Made by a program: the position numbers and the translations under genes | Origin: a virus | Lineage: Duplodnaviria; Caudoviricetes | Strand: one strand, 5' to 3' | IMG/VR virus record: IMGVR_UViG_3300019937_000001 | Coordinates: 1 to 54,239 of that record | DNA length: 54,239 nucleotides | In this document: positions 29,554 through 39,085 of the stretch, one piece after another | How the letters are laid out: each line of letters opens with the position of its first letter | Numbering within the stretch: the stretch's first letter is position 1 | The notes under the pieces: model-generated | Told to the model about the DNA's origin: nothing | What the model saw: the letters and a program-made list of their open reading frames with translations, nothing else | Databases searched by the model: none

Positions 29554-30594
29554 ATGAATAATCCATTAAAAGACCCCAAAAATCAAATTAAAAGATCTAC
29601 GGGTGCGGGTGCTCTTACTCCAAATGCAGCAAAAGAGTTGGGACCAAAGGCAGTAGAACTTCAAAAGAAAAAAGCTGCTTCCGTAGATTTACCGAATGTA
29701 AAAAAAGAAGAGGTCATGCTTGTAGATAAAATTCTTCAAGAAATTGGAGAGGAAAAAAAGGGTCTTTGGACAAATATTCATGCCAAGAGAAAGCGTGGAG
29801 AAAAACCAGCAAAACCTGGTGATAAAGATTATCCAAAGACTCTGAATGTTGAGGGTATTGAGCAGGCTAGAGATAATGTTGGTGCTGACAAGTGCTGGAA
29901 AGGTAAAAAACTTGGCACACCTAAAACTAAAACGAAGGGTGGAAAAGAAGTTCCAAACTGCGTTCCTGAAGATGTAACGATCGAAGATGCAAATGGAAAT
30001 ACTTTTGCTGAAGTTATTGATATTATAAAAGTAGATTCCATAGAAGAAACTTGCGGAACTAAAAAGCATGGTGGAGATGCTGGAAAACCAGGAAAAAATA
30101 AAAACTATGTAAAAGAAATTGAAGAATCTGTAAGAATGCCTGCAAAGAATGGAAACATTATTTTTGCAATGGTTTCTTGGAGAGGTAAAGTTTATTCTCT
30201 TCAAATGTTCTTCCCATCAGGAAAGAAACCATCAAGACAAGAAGTTCAGGATCAAGTAAGAAAAGTATATCCAGATTCTAGACTTACATATTTTAATATG
30301 AGAGACTATGAGCCTGGTCAACCACTTCTTCAAGTTGAAGATTGGCAAAAAGTTAATAAGTCAGATAAAACTGATGGAATGAGTCCTGCCGCAGTCAAGG
30401 CATATCGCAGAGAGAATCCAGGTTCTAAACTCAAAACCGCTGTAACTGGCGACCCAAAACCAGGAAGCAAGGATGCCAAGCGTCGTAAGTCATTCTGCGC
30501 ACGCTCTAAGGGTCAGCAAGACATGCATAACATTGATTGCTCATCTACACCAGATAAACCAGTTTGTAAAGCCCGCCGTCGTTGGAAGTGCTAG
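29554..30594 (+). CDS. Modular basic protein, putative internal head polyprotein with a DUF6321-like C-terminus
   Basis: 346 aa, Lys-rich modules separated by [IV]xE motifs; C-terminal ENPGSKLKTAVT...RRKSFCAR...ARRRWKC. Confidence 0.75.
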   Translation: MNNPLKDPKNQIKRSTGAGALTPNAAKELGPKAVELQKKKAASVDLPNVKKEEVMLVDKILQEIGEEKKGLWTNIHAKRKRGEKPAKPGDKDYPKTLNVEGIEQARDNVGADKCWKGKKLGTPKTKTKGGKEVPNCVPEDVTIEDANGNTFAEVIDIIKVDSIEETCGTKKHGGDAGKPGKNKNYVKEIEESVRMPAKNGNIIFAMVSWRGKVYSLQMFFPSGKKPSRQEVQDQVRKVYPDSRLTYFNMRDYEPGQPLLQVEDWQKVNKSDKTDGMSPAAVKAYRRENPGSKLKTAVTGDPKPGSKDAKRRKSFCARSKGQQDMHNIDCSSTPDKPVCKARRRWKC

Positions 30595-30595
30595 T

Positions 30596-30910
30596 ATGAA
30601 AAGTTTTAAAGAGTTTTTATCAGAATCAGTAACTATTTCTGGGGACTTTAACGGAAATCTTTACATCAACTCTCAACCAGAACAACAACAAGTTGGCGAA
30701 AGTTACATTGCAGATGTAGTCTGGCAAGGAAACTTGTATAGATTTGAAATGTTTACTAAATCTGAGGTTCCTTCAAAACAAAAACTTGGTGAAGAACTTC
30801 AAGGTGATTATCCGGGCGCAGTTGTTCATCAAATCTATCCAGCAAAACAAAAGAATATCAACATAAAAAGTACAAGTAGATATCACCCATCAAAACTAGA
30901 GTGGATTTGA
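30596..30910 (+). CDS. Putative internal head protein with a capsid-targeting-like N-terminus (104 aa)
   Basis: Start reassigned to ATG 30596, 1 nt after the upstream TAG. MKSFKEFLSE resembles the T4 internal-protein capsid targeting sequence MKTYQEFIAE. Confidence 0.75.
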   Translation: MKSFKEFLSESVTISGDFNGNLYINSQPEQQQVGESYIADVVWQGNLYRFEMFTKSEVPSKQKLGEELQGDYPGAVVHQIYPAKQKNINIKSTSRYHPSKLEWI

Positions 30911-30913
30911 GTT

Positions 30914-31729
30914 ATGGCGCAGTGGAATAAAAATAATCAGGACTATCTAAATCAAGAAAGAAGTCTTTTTGAAGTTTATATGTGTGCTGATAAGTATGGT
31001 AATATTGGGGCTTGTGGTGGAGATACTCAATTTGATCTGAATGTTGCCGCTGGAATTACTACTCAATTAGCAAACGTCCATAAGTTTGGCGCAGTAGTTA
31101 CTACATCAGCAACTTACGATACTGTTTGGTCTTTTGGTGGTCCATATACATTTCCTTCAACCGCAGGAATAATTACGGCAACTTCCACTTCAATAGAAGA
31201 TGCTCCAGGAGAAACAGGAGCACTTACAGTTAGACTTCAAGGTCTTGACGCAAACTACAATGAAGTGGAAGAAGACTTTACTCTCAATGGAACTGTTGGT
31301 GTTGCTGGAACTGTGGAATTTCTAAGAACTCACAGAGCATTTGTTCTTACTGGCAATAATGATAATAATAATGTAGGTAACATTAACTTTACACATAGTG
31401 TAGGTGTTACTTGCCAAATCGCAGCAGGAATGGGACAATCCCAAGTTGCCTTCTATACTATCCCAGCAGGTAAGAGTGGATACTTAAGATCATTTGCTGC
31501 AACAATGAATAAAAATCAAGAGAATACTGTTAGGTTATTTCAGAAAAAACCTGATGGTGGAGTATTTAGACTTGCCAGTGAATTAAATCTATATAATAGT
31601 AACATGCATACTACTTACAGTATTCCTCTTTACTTTACAGAAAAAACAGATCTTGAAGTAAGAACCTATACGGGAAGTAATGCAACAGTTTCTTCAATGT
31701 TCGATTTATTAATTGTAGATAATGAGTGA
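30914..31729 (+). CDS. Hypothetical, probably virion structural, beta-rich protein (271 aa)
   Basis: Clean ORF between the head-protein genes and g17; motifs VHKFG, TGALTVRLQGLDANY and YTIPAGKSGY. Confidence 0.75.
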   Translation: MAQWNKNNQDYLNQERSLFEVYMCADKYGNIGACGGDTQFDLNVAAGITTQLANVHKFGAVVTTSATYDTVWSFGGPYTFPSTAGIITATSTSIEDAPGETGALTVRLQGLDANYNEVEEDFTLNGTVGVAGTVEFLRTHRAFVLTGNNDNNNVGNINFTHSVGVTCQIAAGMGQSQVAFYTIPAGKSGYLRSFAATMNKNQENTVRLFQKKPDGGVFRLASELNLYNSNMHTTYSIPLYFTEKTDLEVRTYTGSNATVSSMFDLLIVDNE

Positions 31730-33368
31730 AGTATATCTTGGCAATCCTTTATTAAAAAAGGCAAATACTCAGATTGAGTTTACACAAGAACAAATTTTAG
31801 AATTTATGAGGTGTAAAGATGATCCTGTTTATTTTGCCAACAATTATATAAAAATTGTTTCTCTTGACGAAGGATTGACACAATTTAAACCCTACGATTT
31901 CCAAGAAAAACTAATTAATAGATTCCACGAAAATAGATTTAATATATGTAAGATGCCTAGACAGACTGGAAAGTCTACAACTGTGGTGTCTTACCTGCTT
32001 CATTATCTTATTTTTAATGATAGTGTAAACATTGGCATTCTGGCAAACAAAGCAGCAACTGCAAGAGAACTTCTTGGAAGACTTGCCACTGCTTATGAGA
32101 ACTTGCCCAAATGGATGCAACAGGGTATTATAGCCTGGAACAGAGGTAACATCGAGTTAGAAAATGGATCAAAGATACTGGCTGCTTCTACGTCTGCAAG
32201 TGCTGTCCGAGGCATGTCATTCAATATCCTCTTTCTCGATGAGTTCGCTTTCGTTCCGAACCATATCGCAGATTCCTTCTTTGCATCTGTTTATCCTACT
32301 ATTACTTCTGGTAAAAGCACAAAAGTCATAATGGTTTCTACCCCTCACGGGATGAACCATTTTTATAGATATTGGCACGATGCTGAAAGGGGAAAGAATG
32401 AATATGTACCCACAGATGTTCACTGGTCTGAAGTTCCAGGAAGAGACTCTGCGTGGAAAGCACAAACTATTGCCAACACTTCAGAACAGCAGTTTAAGGT
32501 AGAGTTTGAGTGCGAATTCTTAGGATCTGTTGACACTTTGATTGCTCCTTCAAAGTTAAAATCTCTTGTGTTTACTGATCCATTAAAAAGAAATGCTGGA
32601 CTGGATGTATATGAAAATCCAAAAGAAAATCATGACTATGTTGTAACTGTTGACGTTGCCAGAGGAGTCAGTGAAGACTATTCGGCATTTGTAGTTATTG
32701 ATATCACAGAGTTTCCTCATAGGTTGGTGGCGAAGTATAGGAACAATGAAATTAAACCTATGATGTTCCCAAATATAATATATGAATTGGCAAAAAGTTA
32801 TAATGGGGCATATATTCTTTGCGAAGTTAATGATATTGGAGATCAGGTAGCATCATTACTTCATTATGACTTGGAGTATCAAAATGTTTTGATGTGCTCT
32901 ATGAGAGGAAGAGCGGGTCAGATTGTAGGTCAAGGGTTTTCTGGAAAGAAAACTCAACTTGGCGTCAAGATGTCTAAGACAGTTAAAAAGGTGGGGGCAC
33001 TCAACTTAAAGACTATAATTGAAGAAGATAAACTTATATTCAATGACTATGAGATTATTTCTGAACTTACGACTTTTATTTCTAAGCACAACTCATTTGA
33101 AGCAGAAGACGGTTGTAATGATGACTTAGCAATGTGCCTTGTAATATACGCATGGTTAGTTGCTCAGGACTATTTTAAAGAACTTACAGATCAAGATATT
33201 AGAAAAAGATTATACGAAGAGCAAAAAAATCAAATAGAACAGGATATGTCACCATTTGGTTTTATTGTTGATGGTTTAGATGGAGAAAATACATTTACAG
33301 ATAACAATGGAGATAGGTGGTTCACTGACGAATATGGTGATATGTCTTACATGTGGGATTATCAATAA
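31722..33368 (+). CDS. g17: Terminase large subunit gp17
   Basis: YLGNPLLK, Walker A PRQTGKST, Walker B LFLDEFAF, STPHG, nuclease VDVARG and NDDLAM; length leaves no room for an intein. Confidence 0.98.
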   Translation: MSEVYLGNPLLKKANTQIEFTQEQILEFMRCKDDPVYFANNYIKIVSLDEGLTQFKPYDFQEKLINRFHENRFNICKMPRQTGKSTTVVSYLLHYLIFNDSVNIGILANKAATARELLGRLATAYENLPKWMQQGIIAWNRGNIELENGSKILAASTSASAVRGMSFNILFLDEFAFVPNHIADSFFASVYPTITSGKSTKVIMVSTPHGMNHFYRYWHDAERGKNEYVPTDVHWSEVPGRDSAWKAQTIANTSEQQFKVEFECEFLGSVDTLIAPSKLKSLVFTDPLKRNAGLDVYENPKENHDYVVTVDVARGVSEDYSAFVVIDITEFPHRLVAKYRNNEIKPMMFPNIIYELAKSYNGAYILCEVNDIGDQVASLLHYDLEYQNVLMCSMRGRAGQIVGQGFSGKKTQLGVKMSKTVKKVGALNLKTIIEEDKLIFNDYEIISELTTFISKHNSFEAEDGCNDDLAMCLVIYAWLVAQDYFKELTDQDIRKRLYEEQKNQIEQDMSPFGFIVDGLDGENTFTDNNGDRWFTDEYGDMSYMWDYQ

Positions 33369-33598
33369 TGGATCTTAATGATCAATTTCAAACGGAGCAT
33401 TTATATCTGACAGAAAGGACTTGTAAAATTTGTGGGGAAACAAAAGATCTTATTGATGGTTTTTATAAGATAAGAAGAAACAAATATAATTTATCATCAT
33501 ATTCATACGAATGCAAGCAATGCACTATTATTAGAGTTTCTGAGTCAAGAAAACGTGGATATAAGAACAATAATATATGGGAATATCCTGATTGGTAG
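33368..33598 (+). CDS. Small zinc-finger protein (CxxC...CxxC), 76 aa
   Basis: Start reassigned to ATG 33368 (TAATG overlap with g17); RTCKICGETK...YECKQC. Confidence 0.75.
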   Translation: MDLNDQFQTEHLYLTERTCKICGETKDLIDGFYKIRRNKYNLSSYSYECKQCTIIRVSESRKRGYKNNNIWEYPDW

Positions 33599-33605
33599 TG
33601 TTCAT

Positions 33606-33637
33606 GCATTGTTTTCACAAATGAAGCAATGCTTTTT
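33606..33637 (+). terminator. Possible intrinsic terminator
   Basis: Imperfect hairpin GCATTGTTTTCA-CAAA-TGAAGCAATGC followed by TTTTT. Confidence 0.45.
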
Positions 33638-33638
33638 A

Positions 33639-33645
33639 ATAAATA
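33639..33645 (+). promoter_or_regulatory. Late promoter (ATAAATA) for g18
   Basis: Upstream of an AGGAG RBS and the g18 ATG. Confidence 0.75.
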
Positions 33646-33677
33646 TTTTTAGGTAAATGAGAACTTAGGAGAAAAAA

Positions 33678-35888
33678 ATGGCGACTCCTCAATTATCTCC
33701 CGGCGTACTTGTCAGGGAGGTTGACTTAACGGTAGGAAGAGCTAATAATGTTTTAGATAATATTGGTGCTATTGCTGGACCCTTCCCAGTTGGCCCTGTT
33801 GAGGAAGCGATTGACATCACTACTGAACAAGAACTTATTGATGTCTTTGGAAAGCCCCTTTCACTCGATGGGCAGTATGAGTATTGGATGAGTGCATCAA
33901 GTTATCTGTCTTATGGTGGTGTTCTTAAAGTCGTCAGAGTTGATGATGCAGATTTAAAGAATGCAAACGTACTGACAGTAGGAACAGGAAGCACTGCAGA
34001 CCTTAAAATTAAAAACTTTGATGACTATAATGCAAATCATTCAGATGACATTGCATCATATATCTTTGCTGCAAAGAATCCAGGATCAAGATACAATGAC
34101 CTCAAAGTTGCAGTCATTGATAACAGAGCAGATCAAATTGTAAACGTAGGAACTGCAGCAACTCAAGCAGTAGTTGGTTACGGCGTTTCGGTTGCACTTA
34201 CAAACGAACCTTTATCAGGAGTTGGAGCAACATCATTATTTACAGGATACTTAAAGGGTATTATTACTGGAGTAGGAACAGACACTATTGACGTTAAATT
34301 TACTTCCAGATTTAATACAGCAACAAGTAAAGAAGAGTTTCCAGGTTATTCTGCTAGAGTTCAAACAGCATCTATTAGACCTGGAAATACAGTTGCAATT
34401 AACAGTGCTGGTGTTGCAGTAGTATCAGTTGCGGTTTCTACAGCAGAATCAGCGGTATCTGATTGGTATGATCAACAATCTATCATATTAGAGAATGGAA
34501 ATATTTTATGGAGTTCGATTGCACCAAAACCAGGAACTTCGCAATACGCTGTCGATAGAAACTCAAAGAATGATGAGATTCACGTTGCGGTGATAGATGA
34601 TACTGGAACAATTACCGGCATCAAAGGAAATCTTTTAGAGAAGTTTGTAGGTTTATCAAAGGCAACTGATTCAGTATCGGCAATAAATTCTCCACAAAGA
34701 ATTTGGTGGAAAGAATATCTTGCACAAAACTCCAAGTATCTTTATGTTGGAGATAATCCTTCTGACGATTCTTCTCTGGTATCACAGACAGGATTCTCTA
34801 CTGGATTTGCAGCAGTTAATCTTTCTGATGGTCAGTGGAATAAAGAGACACAAGATGTAACATTTAGTGCTCTTGGAAATAAAACTTATACTCTGAAAGG
34901 CGGAAAAGATTATTCTTCAGGAGATCCTGGCACAACAGGAACAATGAAAGCGGATCTTGGATCTCTGGCAACTGCATATGATTTATTTGGTAATAAAGAT
35001 GAAATTGCAGTTGATTATTTAATCATGGGTCCTGGATTGGGATCAATTACAGAGTCTGCTTCCAAGGCATCTAAGATTATTTCCATTGCACAAAGCAGAA
35101 AAGATTGTGTGGCAGTAATTTCTCCACACAGATATAGCGTAGTATCAGAACCAGAACCTGGTTCTAGCACCCCAAGATTCCTGACAACCAACGACCAAAC
35201 CAAAAATATAATCAATTTCTTCGGTCAAATTGGCAACAGAAATTCTTCTTATGCAATTTTTGACAGTGGATATAAGTATACTTTTGATAGATTTAACAAC
35301 AGATTCCGTTATATTCCTTGCAATGCAGATGTTGCTGGTCTTTGCGTCAGAACATCAATTCAGTCATATCCTTGGTTCTCCCCCGCAGGACAGCAAAGAG
35401 GAGTTCTGAATAATGCAATTAAGTTGGCATACAATCCAAATAAAGCTCAAAGAGATCAACTTTATCCTCTGGGAATCAATCCGATTGTAAATCAACCAGG
35501 ATCTGGAATTATACTGTTTGGTGATAAAACTGCACTGGGATATGCTTCTGCATTTGATAGAATTAATGTTAGAAGATTGTTCTTGACCGTTGAGCAAGCA
35601 CTCCAAGATGCTGCTGAGGCACAACTCTTTGAGTTAAATGATCAGATCACAAGAGCAAACTTTGTAAATATTGTAGAACCATACTTACGTGATGTCAAGG
35701 CAAAGAGAGGAGTTTATGACTTCCTTGTAATTTGCGATGAGACCAATAACACACCAGATGTTATCGATAATAATGAGTTTAGAGCCGACATCTTCCTGAA
35801 GCCAACTAAGTCAATTAATTATGTAACACTGACATTTGTTGCTACCAGAACTGGAATTTCTTTTGAAGAAGTTGCTGGCAGAGTTTGA
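33678..35888 (+). CDS. g18: Tail sheath protein gp18
   Basis: LSPGVLVREVDLT, PWFSPAG, FGDKT, AFDRINVRRLF, FELND and FVATRTGISFEEV. Confidence 0.97.
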   Translation: MATPQLSPGVLVREVDLTVGRANNVLDNIGAIAGPFPVGPVEEAIDITTEQELIDVFGKPLSLDGQYEYWMSASSYLSYGGVLKVVRVDDADLKNANVLTVGTGSTADLKIKNFDDYNANHSDDIASYIFAAKNPGSRYNDLKVAVIDNRADQIVNVGTAATQAVVGYGVSVALTNEPLSGVGATSLFTGYLKGIITGVGTDTIDVKFTSRFNTATSKEEFPGYSARVQTASIRPGNTVAINSAGVAVVSVAVSTAESAVSDWYDQQSIILENGNILWSSIAPKPGTSQYAVDRNSKNDEIHVAVIDDTGTITGIKGNLLEKFVGLSKATDSVSAINSPQRIWWKEYLAQNSKYLYVGDNPSDDSSLVSQTGFSTGFAAVNLSDGQWNKETQDVTFSALGNKTYTLKGGKDYSSGDPGTTGTMKADLGSLATAYDLFGNKDEIAVDYLIMGPGLGSITESASKASKIISIAQSRKDCVAVISPHRYSVVSEPEPGSSTPRFLTTNDQTKNIINFFGQIGNRNSSYAIFDSGYKYTFDRFNNRFRYIPCNADVAGLCVRTSIQSYPWFSPAGQQRGVLNNAIKLAYNPNKAQRDQLYPLGINPIVNQPGSGIILFGDKTALGYASAFDRINVRRLFLTVEQALQDAAEAQLFELNDQITRANFVNIVEPYLRDVKAKRGVYDFLVICDETNNTPDVIDNNEFRADIFLKPTKSINYVTLTFVATRTGISFEEVAGRV

Positions 35889-35921
35889 TAGATTAATTAA
35901 AACTTTAAGGAGGGTCTAAAA

Positions 35922-36557
35922 ATGTCAACACTCAGAACGATTACAGGATTTAAAGAAAGACTTGCAGGTGGTGGTGCAAGATCTAATTTATTTGAGGTTT
36001 CGATTCCAAGTTTCCCAGCACCACTCCAAAATCTTTGGAGAACCGGAGCAGGAAATGAAATTGATACTTTCAAATTCCTTTGCAAAGCAGCAGCTCTTCC
36101 TGCATCAAACGTAGCATCTATTGATGTTCCTTTTAGAGGAAGAGTCATGAAAGTTGCTGGTGACAGAACCTTTGATCCATGGACAGTGACAATCATCAAT
36201 GATGAGGATTTCCAGTTAAGAACTGCTTTCGAGTTGTGGATGAATTCCATCAGCAAGTTGGACAATAATACTGGAATTACAAATCCAACCAGTTACATGA
36301 CTGATGCCTTTGTGTATCAGTTAGGTAGAGGTGCAAATCAAGGAAGATTCTCAGAATCAAATTCAGATATTGATAATGGAGATGCAATTCCACCTCTGAG
36401 AACTTATAAGTTCTATGATATTTTCCCAACCAACGTTTCAGAAATTGCTGTTTCATATGACAGCTCCGATGAAATTCAGGAATTTACCGTAGAGTTCCAA
36501 GTTCAGTGGTGGTCAGCAGGTGAGTCTGGTGATCAAACTAACACTATTATTTCTTAA
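35922..36557 (+). CDS. g19: Tail tube protein gp19
   Basis: GGGARSNLFEV, FLCKAAALP, VPFRGR, AGDRTFDPWTVT and IQEFTVEFQVQWW. Confidence 0.97.
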   Translation: MSTLRTITGFKERLAGGGARSNLFEVSIPSFPAPLQNLWRTGAGNEIDTFKFLCKAAALPASNVASIDVPFRGRVMKVAGDRTFDPWTVTIINDEDFQLRTAFELWMNSISKLDNNTGITNPTSYMTDAFVYQLGRGANQGRFSESNSDIDNGDAIPPLRTYKFYDIFPTNVSEIAVSYDSSDEIQEFTVEFQVQWWSAGESGDQTNTIIS

Positions 36558-36563
36558 TAAATA
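36557..36563 (+). promoter_or_regulatory. Late promoter (ATAAATA) for g20
   Basis: Overlaps the g19 stop codon. Confidence 0.75.
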
Positions 36564-36589
36564 GAAGAGATAAAGAGTTTAATTAAATC

Positions 36590-38251
36590 ATGGCAAGACT
36601 GTTTGGTTTTTCAATTGATGATTATCCGAAAAAAAGTCCTACTATAGTCTCCCCCGTCCCCGAAAATAATGAGGACGGGGTTGATCATTATTTGACTAGT
36701 GGTTTTTTTGGTTCTTATGTAGACATTGAGGGAGTTTATAGGACAGAATTTGATTTAATTAAAAGATATAGAGAAATGGCACTTCACCCAGAGGTTGATA
36801 GTGCCATTGAAGATATTGTCAACGAAGCAATTGTATCAGATACTAATGATGTTCCTGTTCAGATTGAGTTGTCAAATCTGAATGCAACTGACGGTTTAAA
36901 GAAAAAAATTAGAGAAGAGTTTAATTATATACTCGATCTTTTAGATTTTAATAAAAAGTCTCATGAGATTTATAGGAATTGGTATATTGACGGTAGACTT
37001 TATTATCATAAGGTAATTGATTTTAAAAATCCATCAGAAGGAATTCAAGAATTAAGATATATTGACGCAATGAAAATGCGTTATGTGAGACAAAAGAAAA
37101 AGTCAGATAAAGACAAATCTTTTGCTACAAGAGGAATTCAGGAAAATCCAATGGAATATGATTTCCCTGAAATTGAAGAGTATTTTATCTACAATCCAAA
37201 GATGTCATATCCTGTTGGTCCCATTGGTGGCCAACAATCCTCATCAGGAAACAGTGGAATAAAAATTGCAAGAGATTCTATTGCGTATTGTACTTCTGGT
37301 CTTGTAGACAGAAACAAAGGAATTACTCTTTCATACTTAAATAAAGCAATTAAGTCACTCAATCAACTGAGAATGATTGAGGATTCTTTGGTAATTTACA
37401 GATTATCAAGAGCACCAGAACGTAGAATTTTCTACATTGATGTTGGCAATCTTCCAAAGGTAAAGGCAGAGCAATATCTTCGTGATGTTATGATGCGTTA
37501 TCGTAACAAACTTGTATATGATGCAAGCACCGGAGAAATCCGTGATGATAAGAAGTATATGAGTATGCTTGAGGATTTTTGGCTTCCAAGAAGAGAAGGT
37601 GGCAGAGGAACTGAAATCTCCACACTTCCTGGCGGTCAAAATCTTGGGGAGATTACTGATATTGAATATTTCAAGAAGAAATTATATCGTTCACTGAATG
37701 TTCCACCATCAAGAATGGATGGAGAAGGTGGATTTAATCTTGGTCGTTCTTCTGAAATCCTGAGAGACGAACTCAAATTTACTAAGTTTGTTGGTCGTCT
37801 GAGAAAGAGATTCTCAAATATGTTCAGTGACATTCTCAAGACTCAATTGATTTTAAAGAATGTGATTGCCCCAGAAGATTGGGAAGAAATGGCACAACAT
37901 ATTCAGTATGATTTTCTTTATGATAATCATTTCTCTGAACTGAAAGATGCTGAACTTATGAATGAAAGGTTAAATCTTGCAGTTACTGCGGAACCTTATA
38001 TTGGTAAATATTATTCCCAAGATTATGTAAGAAGAAAAATTCTTCGCCAAACTGATGAAGAAATTATTGAACAAGATAAGATTATGAAGAAGGAGATTGA
38101 GGAAGGAATTGTTCCAGATCCTAATGCCCCAGTTGATCCACAAACTGGTATGCCAATGGATCCGTCTATGGATTTGGGTCAACCAATAATGGAACCAGAT
38201 TTAGAATCTGATGCAAAAGCAGTTCAGGCACCCGAAGGCGGAGAAATCTGA
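36590..38251 (+). CDS. g20: Portal vertex protein gp20
   Basis: YREMALHPEVDSAIEDIVNEAI, RAPERRIFYIDVGNLPK, EDFWLPRREGGRGTEISTLPGGQNLG and RDELKF. Confidence 0.98.
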   Translation: MARLFGFSIDDYPKKSPTIVSPVPENNEDGVDHYLTSGFFGSYVDIEGVYRTEFDLIKRYREMALHPEVDSAIEDIVNEAIVSDTNDVPVQIELSNLNATDGLKKKIREEFNYILDLLDFNKKSHEIYRNWYIDGRLYYHKVIDFKNPSEGIQELRYIDAMKMRYVRQKKKSDKDKSFATRGIQENPMEYDFPEIEEYFIYNPKMSYPVGPIGGQQSSSGNSGIKIARDSIAYCTSGLVDRNKGITLSYLNKAIKSLNQLRMIEDSLVIYRLSRAPERRIFYIDVGNLPKVKAEQYLRDVMMRYRNKLVYDASTGEIRDDKKYMSMLEDFWLPRREGGRGTEISTLPGGQNLGEITDIEYFKKKLYRSLNVPPSRMDGEGGFNLGRSSEILRDELKFTKFVGRLRKRFSNMFSDILKTQLILKNVIAPEDWEEMAQHIQYDFLYDNHFSELKDAELMNERLNLAVTAEPYIGKYYSQDYVRRKILRQTDEEIIEQDKIMKKEIEEGIVPDPNAPVDPQTGMPMDPSMDLGQPIMEPDLESDAKAVQAPEGGEI

Positions 38252-38257
38252 TAAATA
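38251..38257 (+). promoter_or_regulatory. Late promoter (ATAAATA)
   Basis: Overlaps the g20 TGA. Confidence 0.7.
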
Positions 38258-38281
38258 ACTCAAGTTATATTTTAAAATTTT

Positions 38282-38437
38282 ATGGATGATTTATTAAATA
38301 TGATTATTGCGGATGAGAGTCCTTCTCAAGTGAGCGATAAGATTAAAGAAATTCTTTATGCAAAATCTGCGGAAAAAATTGATGCAGTAAGGCCTGAAGT
38401 TGCAAATTCAGTTTTTGGAAGTGAAGATTCTGATTAA
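38282..38437 (+). CDS. Small acidic protein (51 aa), candidate prohead core protein in the T4 g67 position; not in the ORF track
   Basis: MDDLLNMIIADESPSQVSDKIKEILYAKSAEKIDAVRPEVANSVFGSEDSD directly after g20 and its late promoter. Confidence 0.75.
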   Translation: MDDLLNMIIADESPSQVSDKIKEILYAKSAEKIDAVRPEVANSVFGSEDSD

Positions 38438-38473
38438 TTAAATATTAAAATAAAAAAATATTCTCACAATCCC

Positions 38474-39085
38474 ATGAACGAACTTTCACTTACTCTGACC
38501 AATACCCGTGTCATTGACGGACTTATCTTTGCAGCAAATAATGCAAAAATGAGTCCACAAGATTATGCAATCTGGTTACTCACCAAAGACGGAACTCGTT
38601 ATGCTGACTCTAATGGATATGGAGTTGTGACTAGTTCAGCATTCTTTGCTCGCTTCACTACTACCGAATATACTAATATTATGTCTGCTGCAGAGGATAC
38701 TGTGGAGGTTCCTGATCCAATTGGTGGTGTTCCAACTGATGAAGAAAGACAGGCATATGAAGATGCAGTTAATACTTATATGGAATTAGAAAATCCTACT
38801 GCTGAGGAAACATCTACTTATCAAGCAGCAGTTGCTGCTTATCAAGAGGCAAATACTATTGACAATCAAGCAGAAATTGATGAGGCAGGAAGAAGAAATT
38901 CTGATGCAGCAGAGATTAAATCACTCATAGACCAACTCATTGCAGTAGGAAGTGTAAATCTTAATGATTCCAGAGTAACTAATGGACTAAGTTTACTTGT
39001 AGAACGCAATTTACTGGAATCAGGCAGACCAGCAGAGATTACAAATTACAATAGACCTACACCTGCTGTGAATGGAGGTGTGTAA
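38474..39085 (+). CDS. Hypothetical protein, possible fibre assembly/accessory protein (203 aa)
   Basis: AFFARFTTTEY...VNLNDSRVTNGLSLLVERNLLESGRPAEI resembles small helical proteins found next to phage fibre genes (recalled, unverified). TAAATA at 38439-38444. Confidence 0.65.
   Translation: MNELSLTLTNTRVIDGLIFAANNAKMSPQDYAIWLLTKDGTRYADSNGYGVVTSSAFFARFTTTEYTNIMSAAEDTVEVPDPIGGVPTDEERQAYEDAVNTYMELENPTAEETSTYQAAVAAYQEANTIDNQAEIDEAGRRNSDAAEIKSLIDQLIAVGSVNLNDSRVTNGLSLLVERNLLESGRPAEITNYNRPTPAVNGGV

Noticed and set aside
30473-30595. Track N-terminal extension of the ORF ending at 30910
   Set aside because: It overlaps the conserved C-terminus of ORF 29554; ATG 30596 gives a capsid-targeting-like start.
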